Shown: positions 28,868 to 40,007, numbered from the stretch's first letter. The stretch is 64,000 bases of DNA from Clostridia bacterium (GCA_012523575.1 JAAYIF010000052.1:14635-78634), one strand, 5' to 3'. The notes: a model not told the origin generated them from the letters alone. Numbers and translations: made by a program.

Positions 28868-29035
28868 AACTCACGCCGGACGTCTCTAAGCAAAGCGTAA
28901 TGGGCAAAACCGGGCCGCCCCAAATTCGGCGTCCATGCCTCAGGTTGGGGGCTGGCGCGAACGTCCATGCTCGCGCCCCCCGGTTTTGCCTTACGCTTTG
29001 CCAGAGCTGTTAGCCGGCGTTCGTTAAGTCGTTTC
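28868..29035. other. GC-rich ~170-nt long imperfect inverted repeat (candidate structured ncRNA or MITE-like element)
   Basis: Arms …ACGCCGG…GCAAAGCGTAATGGGCAAAACCGGG… and …CCCGGTTTTGCCTTACGCTTTGC…CCGGCGT… pair over ~55 nt around a ~50-nt core that carries its own hairpin GGCGCGA-ACGTCCATGC-TCGCGCC. GC-rich in an AT-moderate intergenic region. The overlapping ORFs are judged spurious. Confidence 0.4.
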
Positions 29036-29184
29036 GCAAACCGCAGCAGACACCTATTGATATTTAAGAAGTTAACTTGTCTACAGGCCAGGCTTGTCCT
29101 GGAATCAGCACAGGGTTTTTCTTTGCACTATTTTGGAAATCCTTAAAAAATTTTTCATAATTATTTTTAAGCCCTCTACAGGAA

Positions 29185-29213
29185 TTGACAAAGGACAAAT
29201 ATAACTTATTAAT
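29185..29213 (+). promoter_or_regulatory. Putative promoter of the PBP1 gene
   Basis: TTGACA-17 nt-ATTAAT. Confidence 0.3.
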
Positions 29214-29265
29214 TTGAACATTTTTCAAAAAAATGATTCCGCTGGAATAACGGGAGGGAAAGCCC

Positions 29266-31983
29266 GTGCGCAACCGGAACAGCGGTGAAAGAGCAAAAAC
29301 CCCGGGGGTTAAAAAATACATAGCCCCGTTAATTATTTTTTTCCTTATTGCCGCCGTGGCACTGATGGGATTCGCAGCGAATATATTAAAAGACTTGCCC
29401 GAAATTTCCGAGGACAGCCTTAAACCGGAGATTCTCACCACCTTTATCTATGACAAAGACGGAAACAGAGTAACGGATCTCCACGGGATTCATAAATGCG
29501 TGCCCGTAAAACTTAAGGACGTTCCGGAGGAACTTATAAATGCCGTTATAGCCGTGGAAGACAGGGACTTCTTTAAGCATAGAGAGAACACCTGGACCTT
29601 AATTAAGGCCTTCCTATCCCCTTTAAAGGGAGAAAAAAGCCTTCAGGACAAAAACGGCATTACTATGCAGCTGGTGGAAAATATTTTTCATCCTGGGGAA
29701 AACAGTAAGGATTACAGGGAAAAAATCAAAAAAACATACCTGGCCTTGAAAATGGAGCAGAAATTCTCAAAGGAAGAAATCCTTGAGGCTTATCTCAACC
29801 AAATTTATTTCGGTCACGGCGCCTATGGAGTCCAGGCCGCTGCCCAAACCTATTTCGGTAAGGGCGTTGGAGACCTTACCCTGGGAGAATGCGCCCTCAT
29901 TGCCGGTATCGCTGACAATCCCGAGGCTTATTCACCCTTTAACAATCCGGAGGCAGCGAAAAAACGCAGGGATACGGTGCTGAACAGTATGGCGGAAGAG
30001 GGATATATTGGCCGGGAAGAAGCTGAAAAAACGGCAAGTGAGCCATTAAATCTCATTCACCCCGAAGAAAATGAATCCCATAAATATCCTTATTTTATTG
30101 ACGCCGTGGTTCAGGAAACCCAGGAGCTTTTGAAACAAGCGGGCCTGGATCATACGGAGATTTACCGTAAAGGATATAGAATCTACACCACCCTGGACCC
30201 TTCAGTTCAGGAAAAGATGCAGGACATATATAGTAACAGAAGGAAGTTCCCACCGGGTTCGGGAGGCGGTACCGTGGAAAGCACCATGGTGGTGCTGGAT
30301 CATCGCACTGGAGAAATAAGGGGGCTGGTGGGAGGAAGAAGCTACAGCAGCGGAAGCAGTTTCAACAGATCCCTTGAAGCCAAAAGACAACCGGGAACCA
30401 TATTAACTCCTTTTATTGTATACGCCCCTGCCCTTGAGATGGGCTATTCCCCGGCCTATGTAGTGGATGATGCGCCGGTGGTCTATAAAGCGCCGGACGG
30501 CTCCGTATATCGTCCCCAAAACAAAGACGGAAAATTTCGGGGCCTTATAACCATGAGGGAAGCCATGAGTCTTTCCCTCAATGTTCCTGCGGTTAAGTTA
30601 TTAAATGAAGTGGGTGTGGAAAAGGGAACAGACTTTGCGAAAAAAATGGGATTCTCGATTGCAACGGAAAACGAAGATTTAAAAGCTGCCCTGGGGGAAA
30701 CCGGCGGGAAAACAACCCTAATGAACCTTGCCGTCGCCTATGGCGCTTCCGCCAACGGCGGAGTTATAGTTGAGCCCCATACAATTACAAAAATAACTGA
30801 CTACCAGGGAAAGGTTATCGTTAAAGTTACCCCCAAAAAGAAAAGGGTAATGAGCCCCCAAACGGCTTATCTCCTTACCCACATGCTGAAAACGTCTCTG
30901 GGGGCCCAGGAGGGAAGAGCTCAAACTATCAAAGGCAATGCCGCAGCGGGTTACAGCGGACAAGCCCCTCTCCCAGATCTTAAAGAATTTAAAGGTCTTA
31001 GGGGCTATCAGGACCAGTGGTTTGTGGGGTTTACCCCAAAGCTGCTGGGTGCGGTGTGGTTGGGATACGATCAAACCTCCCCCAAGCAGTATTTGAAGGA
31101 TGATTATAGCAGGCTCTGCTTTTCCCTTTGGGAAGAAGTAATGGAAGAAGCCCATAGGGAAATGGGACCCGGGGACTTTATTCCACCCGATGGGATAACC
31201 GAGGTGCTGGTGGACAAAAAATCCGGCAAACTGCCTAGCAGGATCACGCCCAAGAATTATATAATAAAGGAGCTTTTTAGAGAGGACAAAGTGCCCGGGG
31301 AAGTTTCCGATGTTTGGATCGAAAAGGAAATCTGTACGGAAACCGGGCTTCTGGCTTCCCAGTTCTGCCCTGAAACAACTAAAGAAGTATTCCTCAAAAG
31401 GCCCGAAGTTTCAGGGAACGTAAAGCCCCTTGATGCAGCCCTGGAAGCACCAAAGGAAGTATGTTTCCTCCACACTACAACGGGAAGCTATATCACAGTA
31501 AACGTCTGTACGGACCCCGCACACAAGGGCAAATATTATCTTGCAAACATCCCTGTGGAAGGTTATTTGGGAGGATGTCCCTCCAAATATATTAAGAAGA
31601 TGAATTTCCCGGCGGGAAAGGAGCCCAGGGAGTACTGCCCCATACCGGCTCATCAGCTTAAATTGGACACGGGAAACAACTCAGGAACAGTACCCCCCAC
31701 GCCCATACTGAAAGGCTCCGTTTCCAGGGGAGAAGGGGGTAAGCCCTTGGTGCGCCTTCAGTGGAAAGTGCCCGATAATTCGGGAACCATACTTTACTCC
31801 ATAGAAAGGTGGACACCCCTTTACCCCATAAGGTTTGAAATTGCCATAACGTCCAAAAATATATGGACGGACGTTTATGTAAAACCGGGGAATACTTACT
31901 ATTACCGAGTGGTAGCCGTGGACGTTTACTCCAATTTAAAATCCCCGTCAAACCGCATTGAAGTTTCAGTTCCGGCAAATTAA
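29266..31983 (+). CDS. Class A penicillin-binding protein (PBP1A/1B: glycosyltransferase + transpeptidase) with C-terminal FN3-like domain
   Basis: 905 aa, GTG start. N-terminal TM. GT51 motifs (…AVIAVEDRDFFKH…). Transpeptidase SxxK/SxN-type regions. C-terminal beta-rich domain. Confidence 0.9.
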   Translation: MRNRNSGERAKTPGVKKYIAPLIIFFLIAAVALMGFAANILKDLPEISEDSLKPEILTTFIYDKDGNRVTDLHGIHKCVPVKLKDVPEELINAVIAVEDRDFFKHRENTWTLIKAFLSPLKGEKSLQDKNGITMQLVENIFHPGENSKDYREKIKKTYLALKMEQKFSKEEILEAYLNQIYFGHGAYGVQAAAQTYFGKGVGDLTLGECALIAGIADNPEAYSPFNNPEAAKKRRDTVLNSMAEEGYIGREEAEKTASEPLNLIHPEENESHKYPYFIDAVVQETQELLKQAGLDHTEIYRKGYRIYTTLDPSVQEKMQDIYSNRRKFPPGSGGGTVESTMVVLDHRTGEIRGLVGGRSYSSGSSFNRSLEAKRQPGTILTPFIVYAPALEMGYSPAYVVDDAPVVYKAPDGSVYRPQNKDGKFRGLITMREAMSLSLNVPAVKLLNEVGVEKGTDFAKKMGFSIATENEDLKAALGETGGKTTLMNLAVAYGASANGGVIVEPHTITKITDYQGKVIVKVTPKKKRVMSPQTAYLLTHMLKTSLGAQEGRAQTIKGNAAAGYSGQAPLPDLKEFKGLRGYQDQWFVGFTPKLLGAVWLGYDQTSPKQYLKDDYSRLCFSLWEEVMEEAHREMGPGDFIPPDGITEVLVDKKSGKLPSRITPKNYIIKELFREDKVPGEVSDVWIEKEICTETGLLASQFCPETTKEVFLKRPEVSGNVKPLDAALEAPKEVCFLHTTTGSYITVNVCTDPAHKGKYYLANIPVEGYLGGCPSKYIKKMNFPAGKEPREYCPIPAHQLKLDTGNNSGTVPPTPILKGSVSRGEGGKPLVRLQWKVPDNSGTILYSIERWTPLYPIRFEIAITSKNIWTDVYVKPGNTYYYRVVAVDVYSNLKSPSNRIEVSVPAN

Positions 31984-31987
31984 TTAA

Positions 31988-32015
31988 GGGAGCTTTGGTC
32001 AAGCTCCCTTTTTTG
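31988..32015 (+). terminator. Terminator after the PBP gene (overlaps 3' end of the convergent gene)
   Basis: GGGAGCTT-TGGTCA-AGCTCCC followed by TTTTTTG. Confidence 0.6.
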
Positions 32016-32817
32016 AATAAACCATATTCTTGTGGCCGGTTTTACCGTCCATGCCCACTTTAACGGCATAGACGGGTACCTCCACCCCTGACTGCTCCAC
32101 AGCTTTAAGGACAGCCCTTAGCAGAGCAGTGCAGCAGGCAAGATCCATATAGGCTACGGTAATGCCCTTGATGGAATTTTTCTTTATGATTTCCATTAAT
32201 TTGTTTATATAAAAAGTCTGATCTCCCTGTTTTGGACAGTTCATTATTAAAATCTTACCTTTGAGCATTTCCAGGTGGAAGAGGGGCAGAACCGCCGGCA
32301 CACAATCCGCTGCTAAAAGAAGATCTGCATTTTTCAGATAGCTCGCTTCCGGGTTGATTAAAAACATTTGAATGGGCCAGTTTTTAAGCTGGGACTTTAC
32401 GCTTATGGATACATCTCCGGATTCCACGGATACACCGGAAGCGTCAGAGTCACCGCCGCTGTCCAGGGTAATGGACCTGCTGGAAGGGCAGCCGGAAGAA
32501 GATTTTTGATCGTGGCCGCAGCAGGGACCCTTTTCTTCTCCTTCCCGTTTTTCAGCCCCTTCCTCCATACCTACAAAATCTTCCACTTCCTTTTCTATGA
32601 TAGCTATAGCTCCCCTGGGACAGCTGCCGATGCAGTTGCCCAATCCGTCACAGTGCCTTTCATCCACAAGCTTCGCCTTACCGTCAATTATTTGAAGGGC
32701 TCCTTCTTCACATGAGGGTATGCAGAGGCCGCAGCCGACGCATTTTTCCTCATCTATGTGAACTACCTTCCTTTTTGCCATTTTCCGTTCCTCCTTTAAG
32801 TCTTGTACTGTGTACAT
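31999..32817 (-). CDS. 4Fe-4S dicluster ferredoxin-domain protein with Gly/Ser/Asp-rich linker and Cys-containing C-terminal domain
   Basis: 272 aa. CVGCGLCIPSC…CDGLGNCIGSCP (two 4Fe-4S motifs). C-terminal domain with conserved Cys (NCPKQGD…DLACCTAL). Confidence 0.65.
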   Translation of the reverse strand: MYTVQDLKEERKMAKRKVVHIDEEKCVGCGLCIPSCEEGALQIIDGKAKLVDERHCDGLGNCIGSCPRGAIAIIEKEVEDFVGMEEGAEKREGEEKGPCCGHDQKSSSGCPSSRSITLDSGGDSDASGVSVESGDVSISVKSQLKNWPIQMFLINPEASYLKNADLLLAADCVPAVLPLFHLEMLKGKILIMNCPKQGDQTFYINKLMEIIKKNSIKGITVAYMDLACCTALLRAVLKAVEQSGVEVPVYAVKVGMDGKTGHKNMVYSKKGA

Positions 32818-32949
32818 TATAAAAAGAATTTTCCTTTATTTCTGTGCTTTTAATCACAAATAAACGTGATATTTTGGCAAATCCAAAACAAAAAAGGCCG
32901 CTAAAATGCGGCCTCCCTTTCAACAGTATATATTCTATATATTAATATA

Positions 32950-33717
32950 TCAACGATAGTCTTCATCAAAATAATCTACTTCGAGATCTTCGTCTTCCCC
33001 ATCTTTTTCAAACTCTACAAGTTTGTCACCGCTGTCATCATCGATGATAGTTCCTCTAACATAGCAGTCTTCATCCAGCTTGTCATGGATATACTGTATA
33101 AAATCTTCAAGCCAGTCTTTTATATCTCTATCTCTGAGTTCTTCCCATTCATCATCATCTTTTCCTAAATCCACTTTGATTTTCACTGTCAACTTTTTCT
33201 TATCGCCACTTAAGGTAAGACTTCTAATTTTTACATCTTCCAGTTTGCCAAATTTATCTAACAGCTTATCTTTCAAATCGGACAGATCGCTATCTTTATT
33301 CTTTTCTTTTTCTTTATCCAATTCAGCCTGCAAGGACGATATCTGATCCTTAAGCTCAGTTACCTGTCTTTCCAGCTCGTTAATCCTGGTCTGTCTTTCA
33401 ATAACCTGCTGTTGGAGGGCTTCAATTTCTGCCGCATTGGTGCTAATAATAACTTTGTTTTCGGCGCTGTCCCAGTGAACATTTGCACCAAGGGCTTCGC
33501 CTACCATACGCAGCGGGACAAAAACCCTATTGCCTACAATAAAGGGCTCGGGCTCGCCATCGGCGACTTTTGCTTCCGTGCCGTCAACTATTATTTTAAT
33601 GTTCTTAAACACTGCCTTCAGGGTGCTCGTGCCCGTGGCGGCAGAAACAGCCCCTGCACACAAAATAACAATGAGCACAGCCGCTAAAGATGCAAAAAGA
33701 AACTTCTTTCTCCTCAT
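32950..33717 (-). CDS. Secreted copper-amine-oxidase-N ('stalk') domain protein with coiled-coil and acidic C-terminus
   Basis: 255 aa. Signal peptide. CuAO-N-like domain (…NRVFVPLRMVGEALGANVHWD…). Coiled-coil, then D/E-rich tail. Confidence 0.7.
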   Translation of the reverse strand: MRRKKFLFASLAAVLIVILCAGAVSAATGTSTLKAVFKNIKIIVDGTEAKVADGEPEPFIVGNRVFVPLRMVGEALGANVHWDSAENKVIISTNAAEIEALQQQVIERQTRINELERQVTELKDQISSLQAELDKEKEKNKDSDLSDLKDKLLDKFGKLEDVKIRSLTLSGDKKKLTVKIKVDLGKDDDEWEELRDRDIKDWLEDFIQYIHDKLDEDCYVRGTIIDDDSGDKLVEFEKDGEDEDLEVDYFDEDYR

Positions 33718-33787
33718 TATACAGCCTCCCTTTTCTTTCCTTTACCTTTGGAAGTTTCTACATTTATTGTTTTTTCTCCTTCTTTAG

Positions 33788-33814
33788 TTGAAAAAATAAA
33801 CTTTATGTTATAAT
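33788..33814 (+). promoter_or_regulatory. Putative sigma-A promoter with extended -10 for fprA
   Basis: TTGAAA-15 nt-TGtTATAAT. Confidence 0.4.
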
Positions 33815-33842
33815 TTAAAATAATTAAATAGAAAGGGGTAGA

Positions 33843-35039
33843 GTGGTCTTGGGATATAAAGTTAAAGGCATTGTTGACTGGGTAGGAACGGTTGATTGGG
33901 AATTAAGAACTTTTCACGGTGAAGAGCTCTCAACCCACAGAGGTTCTTCCTACAATGCTTATCTAATCCGTGACGAAAAAACTGTCTTAATAGACACCAG
34001 CTGGACACCTTTTGCTGAAGAATTTGTGGAAAATTTAAAAAAGGAAATTGATCTCAAAAAAATCGACTATATCATTTGCCTGCACAGTGAAATAGATCAC
34101 AGCGGAGCCCTTCCCCTACTGATGAAAGAAATCCCTGACACCCCCATTTACTGCACCGCAAACGGCGCCAGGTTTATAAAACACCAGTTCCACCAGGATT
34201 GGAACTTTGTAACAGTAAAAACCGGGGACAAGCTCCCCATTGGTTCCCAGGAAATAATGTTTATTGAAGCTCCCATGCTTCACTGGCCGGACACCATGTT
34301 CTGCTATTTGACAGGGGAAAAGATTCTATTCAGCAGCGATGCATTTGGTCAGCATTATGCAACGCATCCTGCCTTTAACGATCTTGTAGATGAATGTGAA
34401 TTGTATCAAGAAGCCATAAAGTACTATGCCAACATCGTCAGCCCCTTCGGTGCCATGGTGGAAAGAAAAATTAATGAAATACTGGACCTCAACCTTCCCA
34501 TTGAGATGATATGTCCTGCCCACGGCGTTATCTGGAGGGATAATCCCACTCAGATAGTGGAAACCTATTTAAAGTGGGCAAAAAATTACGCTGAAAATCA
34601 GATTACCATTGTTTACGGAACCATGTGGGATGCCACAAAAATAATGGCTGAGGCCATAGCCCAGGGAATTGCGGAAGAAGATCCTTCCATCACATTAAAA
34701 ATTTACAACATAGGTGTTTCCGATAAAAATGATGTGATTACGGAAATCTTCAAATCAAAGGCGGTGCTGGTGGGCTCTTCAACGTTCTACAACGGCATGC
34801 TGTCTGAAGTGGCAGGACTGCTGGAAGAAGTTAAGAACCTGAAACTAGGAAGGGGCAAAAAAGCTGCAGCTTTCGGCGCCTATGGCTGGAGCGGTGAATC
34901 CGTAAAGCTGGTAAGTGAAGCCCTTAAGGCAGCGGGGTATGAATTAGTTAATGATGGTTTAAGGGAATTGTGGAAACCTGACGAAAAAGTGCTGGAAAAC
35001 TGCATCAATTTTGGTAAAAACTTTTTGAAAAGTATTTAA
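33843..35039 (+). CDS. fprA: A-type flavoprotein / flavodiiron protein (metallo-beta-lactamase + flavodoxin domains)
   Basis: 398 aa. Diiron-site motif HSEIDHSGA. C-terminal flavodoxin-like domain. Confidence 0.85.
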   Translation: MVLGYKVKGIVDWVGTVDWELRTFHGEELSTHRGSSYNAYLIRDEKTVLIDTSWTPFAEEFVENLKKEIDLKKIDYIICLHSEIDHSGALPLLMKEIPDTPIYCTANGARFIKHQFHQDWNFVTVKTGDKLPIGSQEIMFIEAPMLHWPDTMFCYLTGEKILFSSDAFGQHYATHPAFNDLVDECELYQEAIKYYANIVSPFGAMVERKINEILDLNLPIEMICPAHGVIWRDNPTQIVETYLKWAKNYAENQITIVYGTMWDATKIMAEAIAQGIAEEDPSITLKIYNIGVSDKNDVITEIFKSKAVLVGSSTFYNGMLSEVAGLLEEVKNLKLGRGKKAAAFGAYGWSGESVKLVSEALKAAGYELVNDGLRELWKPDEKVLENCINFGKNFLKSI

Positions 35040-35100
35040 ATTGGATTTTGGATAAAATATAATGAACATATGAAAATTTTAAATTTTAAAAGGAGGCCTG

Positions 35101-35415
35101 ATGATGCCTGAGTTTAGTCATGCCTTTCAGGGGAACAAGTTCGACCGTAATCTGACCAAAGAAGAACTTATCAGAGCCATTAGGTTAATGATTGCGGCAG
35201 AATATGAAGCGGTACAACTCTATGCTCAGCTTGCTGACAGCATTGATGATGAATTTGCAAAGGCCGTATTACTGGATATAGCCGACGAAGAGAAGGTTCA
35301 CGCCGGCGAGTTTCTAAAGCTTTTATTCTATCTTGATCCGGAAGAAGAAGAATTCTATAAGCAGGGATACGAAGAAGTAGATGAAATTCTTGAAGAACTG
35401 AAGAAAAAATCCTAA
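35101..35415 (+). CDS. Small ferritin-like/rubrerythrin-like diiron-motif protein
   Basis: 104 aa. Helix pair with E…EE..H pattern (AEYEAVQLY…DEEKVHAGEF). Followed by hairpin GCCTCCCTCGTAAGGGAGGC. Confidence 0.5.
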   Translation: MMPEFSHAFQGNKFDRNLTKEELIRAIRLMIAAEYEAVQLYAQLADSIDDEFAKAVLLDIADEEKVHAGEFLKLLFYLDPEEEEFYKQGYEEVDEILEELKKKS

Positions 35416-35537
35416 AGGCCCAGGAGCCTCCCTCGTAAGGGAGGCTTCGACATGTTAATGATAAAAAAATAGGTAAAGGTCTATTAAGTTAATAGTTTGT
35501 ATGGTATAATCTTCAAAAAAGGAAAGGGGTTTTGTCC

Positions 35538-35702
35538 ATGAGTAAATGGGAATGTACAATCTGCGGCTACATTTACGATCCCGAAGTTGGGGATCCTGAT
35601 AACGGAATTGAGCCCGGTACTGCCTTTGAAGACCTTCCCGATGATTGGGTTTGCCCTTTATGCAAAGTTGACAAAGGAAACTTTGTGGAACTTTCAGAAT
35701 AA
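35538..35702 (+). CDS. rd: Rubredoxin (54 aa)
   Basis: [54 protein letters not shown]. Classic CxxCG…CPxCG rubredoxin. Not in the ORF track (<60 aa). Followed by hairpin AGCCTCCCTTTTGAGGGAGGCTTT. Confidence 0.9.
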   Translation: MSKWECTICGYIYDPEVGDPDNGIEPGTAFEDLPDDWVCPLCKVDKGNFVELSE

Positions 35703-35828
35703 CCTCTTAATATAGACAAGCCAAACCCCTGAAGCCTCCCTTTTGAGGGAGGCTTTCAGCTTTTAGACAAAGGCTATCTACTACGGTTTGCCAACAACTT
35801 AATAAGCGTCGGGACATTTTGGCAAAGC

Positions 35829-36239
35829 CTAACTGCAGATTTCCTTAATGAAGACAACTATTTCTTCCGCCCATGAAACGGCTTGTTCTGCCGTTTCTGC
35901 CTCGACGAATTGATCGTCTTCGCTCTCAAAGTACTTCCCTTCCTCTGGAGAAATGTAATATTTATCAAGGTTCCTTGCGTATTCTTTTAATTTTAAGGAA
36001 AATTCAATTCCTTCTTTTCCGGCCCTGGTGATAAGCTGAAGGAGATAGGGTTCATTGCAACCATATATACCCATTCCCCTAAGCAGACCCTTTAATGCAT
36101 ATTCTGCAGCCCTTCTGGATTTATAATAGCTCCAGACATAAAAACTTTTAATTCTGTCATTTTCAGCCAATCTCAGCATTTCTTCCGCACTGCTCATCCA
36201 GCGGTCATATACATCCCTTTTAACTAAAGATATTTTCAA
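35829..36239 (-). CDS. HEPN domain protein (solitary; no adjacent nucleotidyltransferase partner)
   Basis: Start reassigned to TTG at 36239 (GGGGAGGG RBS 7 nt upstream). HEPN-like helices (…SSAEEMLRLAENDRI…RRAAEYALKGLL…). Confidence 0.6.
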   Translation of the reverse strand: MKISLVKRDVYDRWMSSAEEMLRLAENDRIKSFYVWSYYKSRRAAEYALKGLLRGMGIYGCNEPYLLQLITRAGKEGIEFSLKLKEYARNLDKYYISPEEGKYFESEDDQFVEAETAEQAVSWAEEIVVFIKEICS

Positions 36240-36552
36240 AAATTTAACCCTCCCCAATTTTTTTACAAAATTACTTCCTACGGGAAGCGAAACAGTCAAA
36301 ACACTTTTCTTACCTCAATAATACCACTAATTTTAAAAAATAAGAAATGCTTTTATAAATCGGCAAAAAAGTAAGAAAAAAAGAGAAAAAAGAGATCTGT
36401 CCCGGAAGTTTCTTGTCTAAAGCAATATATAAAACAATTCTTAATTTTGTGCTTACAGTAAATTTCTGTTAGCATATCAGCAATGATAATTATTTTCTTT
36501 TGGTATCCTGGAATACCAAAAATTTTCAAAATAAAAAAGGAGGTTTTGCTAA

Positions 36553-37218
36553 ATGGAACATGTCAATATTGAAGCTCAGGATATTCCCCGCATTCCCATG
36601 ATAGGGGAAAAGGCCCCCGATTTTGAAGCCATTACTACCCATGGAAAAATCAGTTTAAAGGATTACAAGGGTTCATGGTTGATATTATTCTCCCACCCCG
36701 CAGACTTCACCCCGGTCTGCACAACGGAGTTTGTAGCCTTCACAGACATTCACGATGAGCTGGAAAAAAGAGGAGTAAAACTACTGGGACTGAGCATTGA
36801 CAGCGTGCATTCTCACATTGCCTGGGTAAGAAATATTGAGGAAAAATTTGGTAAAAAGGTTCCTTTCCCCATTATTGCAGATCTAAGCATGGATGTAGCC
36901 AAAAAGTTCGGTATGATCCATCCAAAACAAAGCAGTACCTCTGCCGTAAGATGCGTATTTGTAATTGACCCCAATCAAATCGTCAGAGCCATTATCTATT
37001 ATCCACTCTCCACAGGAAGAAATATGGATGAAATTTTGAGACTTGTTGATTCCTTGCAAACCGTGGACAAGCATAGTGTTGCAACTCCTGCTAACTGGCG
37101 TCCCGGAGACAAAGTCATTGTGCCTGCTCCTATGACCCAAGAAGGAGCAGAAGAGAGAATGAAGCAAGAAGATTTGGAATGCATTGACTGGTATCTTTGC
37201 AAAAAGGAAATTAAATAA
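36553..37218 (+). CDS. Peroxiredoxin (Prx6-like, AhpC/TSA family)
   Basis: 221 aa. Peroxidatic Cys in FTPVCTTE. Confidence 0.9.
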   Translation: MEHVNIEAQDIPRIPMIGEKAPDFEAITTHGKISLKDYKGSWLILFSHPADFTPVCTTEFVAFTDIHDELEKRGVKLLGLSIDSVHSHIAWVRNIEEKFGKKVPFPIIADLSMDVAKKFGMIHPKQSSTSAVRCVFVIDPNQIVRAIIYYPLSTGRNMDEILRLVDSLQTVDKHSVATPANWRPGDKVIVPAPMTQEGAEERMKQEDLECIDWYLCKKEIK

Positions 37219-37352
37219 ATTTATATAATTAAAGCATCTTGAAACATCCTGGCTTCTCCGTTAATGGAGAAGCCTTTTTTGATACATTTCTAATAAACTT
37301 TCTTCATTGCGGAAATAATAAGTGAGAAAACAAAATCTTTTAAAGGGGGTTT

Positions 37353-37544
37353 TTGATTTTGCAGCATCTCAATCAGATGGAACTGCAGAATATCAGGCAT
37401 TTAATTTTTGACGAAATGGTATGTAACTCAAAATGCAGCGCATACGCTGAAGCCTGCAACCATCCCCAGCTGAAAGAATTTTTTCAAAGAGGGGCTCAGG
37501 AAGCAAAATCTAACGTAGAAAAATTAAAACAATTCCTGCATTAA
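37353..37544 (+). CDS. Spore coat protein F (CotF)-like small protein
   Basis: 63 aa, …NHPQLKEFFQRGAQEAKSNVEKLKQFL. Coat_F-like helix. Paired with the next gene. Confidence 0.5.
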   Translation: MILQHLNQMELQNIRHLIFDEMVCNSKCSAYAEACNHPQLKEFFQRGAQEAKSNVEKLKQFLH

Positions 37545-37558
37545 AAGGAGGAATTTGT

Positions 37559-37855
37559 ATGCTTTCGAACAAGGATATGGCCAATGATGTCTTAGAAATG
37601 TATAAGGTTTTCGCTACGGAACTTACTAAAGCCGCTGCAGAATGCAGCAATACGCAGCTCAAGCAGACCCTGCATCAAATGAGAAGCACCGTGGAGCAGC
37701 GCCAGGAAAGCCTGGCCCAAATGGCCATAAGAGAAGGATGGTATCTCCCTGCAGGTTCCGCAGACCAGCAGGAAATAAATCGCATAAGAAGCTTTGTGGA
37801 ACAAAGCCAGGCTGCAGCGCAGCATCACTATGCATCACCGGGTTTAAGGTTTTAG
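37559..37855 (+). CDS. Spore coat protein F (CotF)-like protein
   Basis: 98 aa. MLSNKDMANDVLEMYKVFATELTKAAAECSNTQLKQ matches the Coat_F domain pattern. Confidence 0.6.
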   Translation: MLSNKDMANDVLEMYKVFATELTKAAAECSNTQLKQTLHQMRSTVEQRQESLAQMAIREGWYLPAGSADQQEINRIRSFVEQSQAAAQHHYASPGLRF

Positions 37856-37933
37856 AAAAATAAAAGGGGAAAAGGGACGCCGACAAAGTCCCTATTCCCC
37901 TTTAATTTTTTGACTATCCTTCCTATTTATTTT

Positions 37934-39430
<1,497 letters not shown>

Positions 39431-39439
39431 TTAAATTAA

Positions 39440-39916
39440 TTATTTTTGAATTTCTAAGATTTTGTATATAATAATTCCCTCGGGCACCTGCACATCCACC
39501 ACCGAGCCCACCTTTTTCCCAAAAATGGCCTTTCCCACAGGGGACTCGTTGGAAATGCGGTTTTCGCTGGGATTTGCCTCCATTGATCCCACTATTTCAT
39601 ACTCAACTATTTCTCCCAGCTCCATATCCTCCAAAACCACCTTGGAACCCAGGGAAACTTCATCGGTCCTGATTTGGTCTACGTCAATAACTTCCGCATT
39701 CCTCAGCTGCTTCTCAAGGGTTAAAATACGCCCTTCAATAAAAGCCTGCTCCTTTTTGGCCTCATCATATTCGGAATTCTCGCTGATGTCCCCAAACTCT
39801 ATAGCCTGTTTTATTCTATCGGCCACTTCCCTCCTCTTAACGGTTCTTAAATAATTGAGTTCTTCCTCAAGCTTTTTTAAACCTGCGGGCGTCAATAAAA
39901 TTTTCTTCTCTGCCAT
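39440..39916 (-). CDS. greA: Transcription elongation factor GreA
   Basis: 158 aa. N-terminal coiled-coil plus C-terminal FKBP-like domain. Conserved acidic tip. Confidence 0.9.
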   Translation of the reverse strand: MAEKKILLTPAGLKKLEEELNYLRTVKRREVADRIKQAIEFGDISENSEYDEAKKEQAFIEGRILTLEKQLRNAEVIDVDQIRTDEVSLGSKVVLEDMELGEIVEYEIVGSMEANPSENRISNESPVGKAIFGKKVGSVVDVQVPEGIIIYKILEIQK

Positions 39917-40007
39917 CCTCTTCTCCCCTTAAGCAAGCTTGTTGCTCGCCAAAGTATATGATGAAAAAAATCAAAAATACATACAGCTGAAAATTACGTG
40001 CACAATA

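Noticed and set aside
28610-28968. Two overlapping ORFs (96 aa plus-strand, 116 aa minus-strand) downstream of tenA
   Set aside because: They sit on the GC-rich inverted-repeat element and the tenA terminator. Their length comes from the GC-rich palindromic repeat rather than from coding sequence, and neither has an RBS.
28868-29035. ydaO (c-di-AMP) riboswitch upstream of the PBP gene
   Set aside because: Pseudo-two-fold symmetry and cell-wall context are suggestive, but the conserved ACGGGGA/CCCGAAGG-type motifs are absent.
33800-33830. PerR box (TTATAATnATTATAA) in the fprA promoter
   Set aside because: TTATAATTTAAAATAATTAA has only one good half-site; the inverted half does not match.
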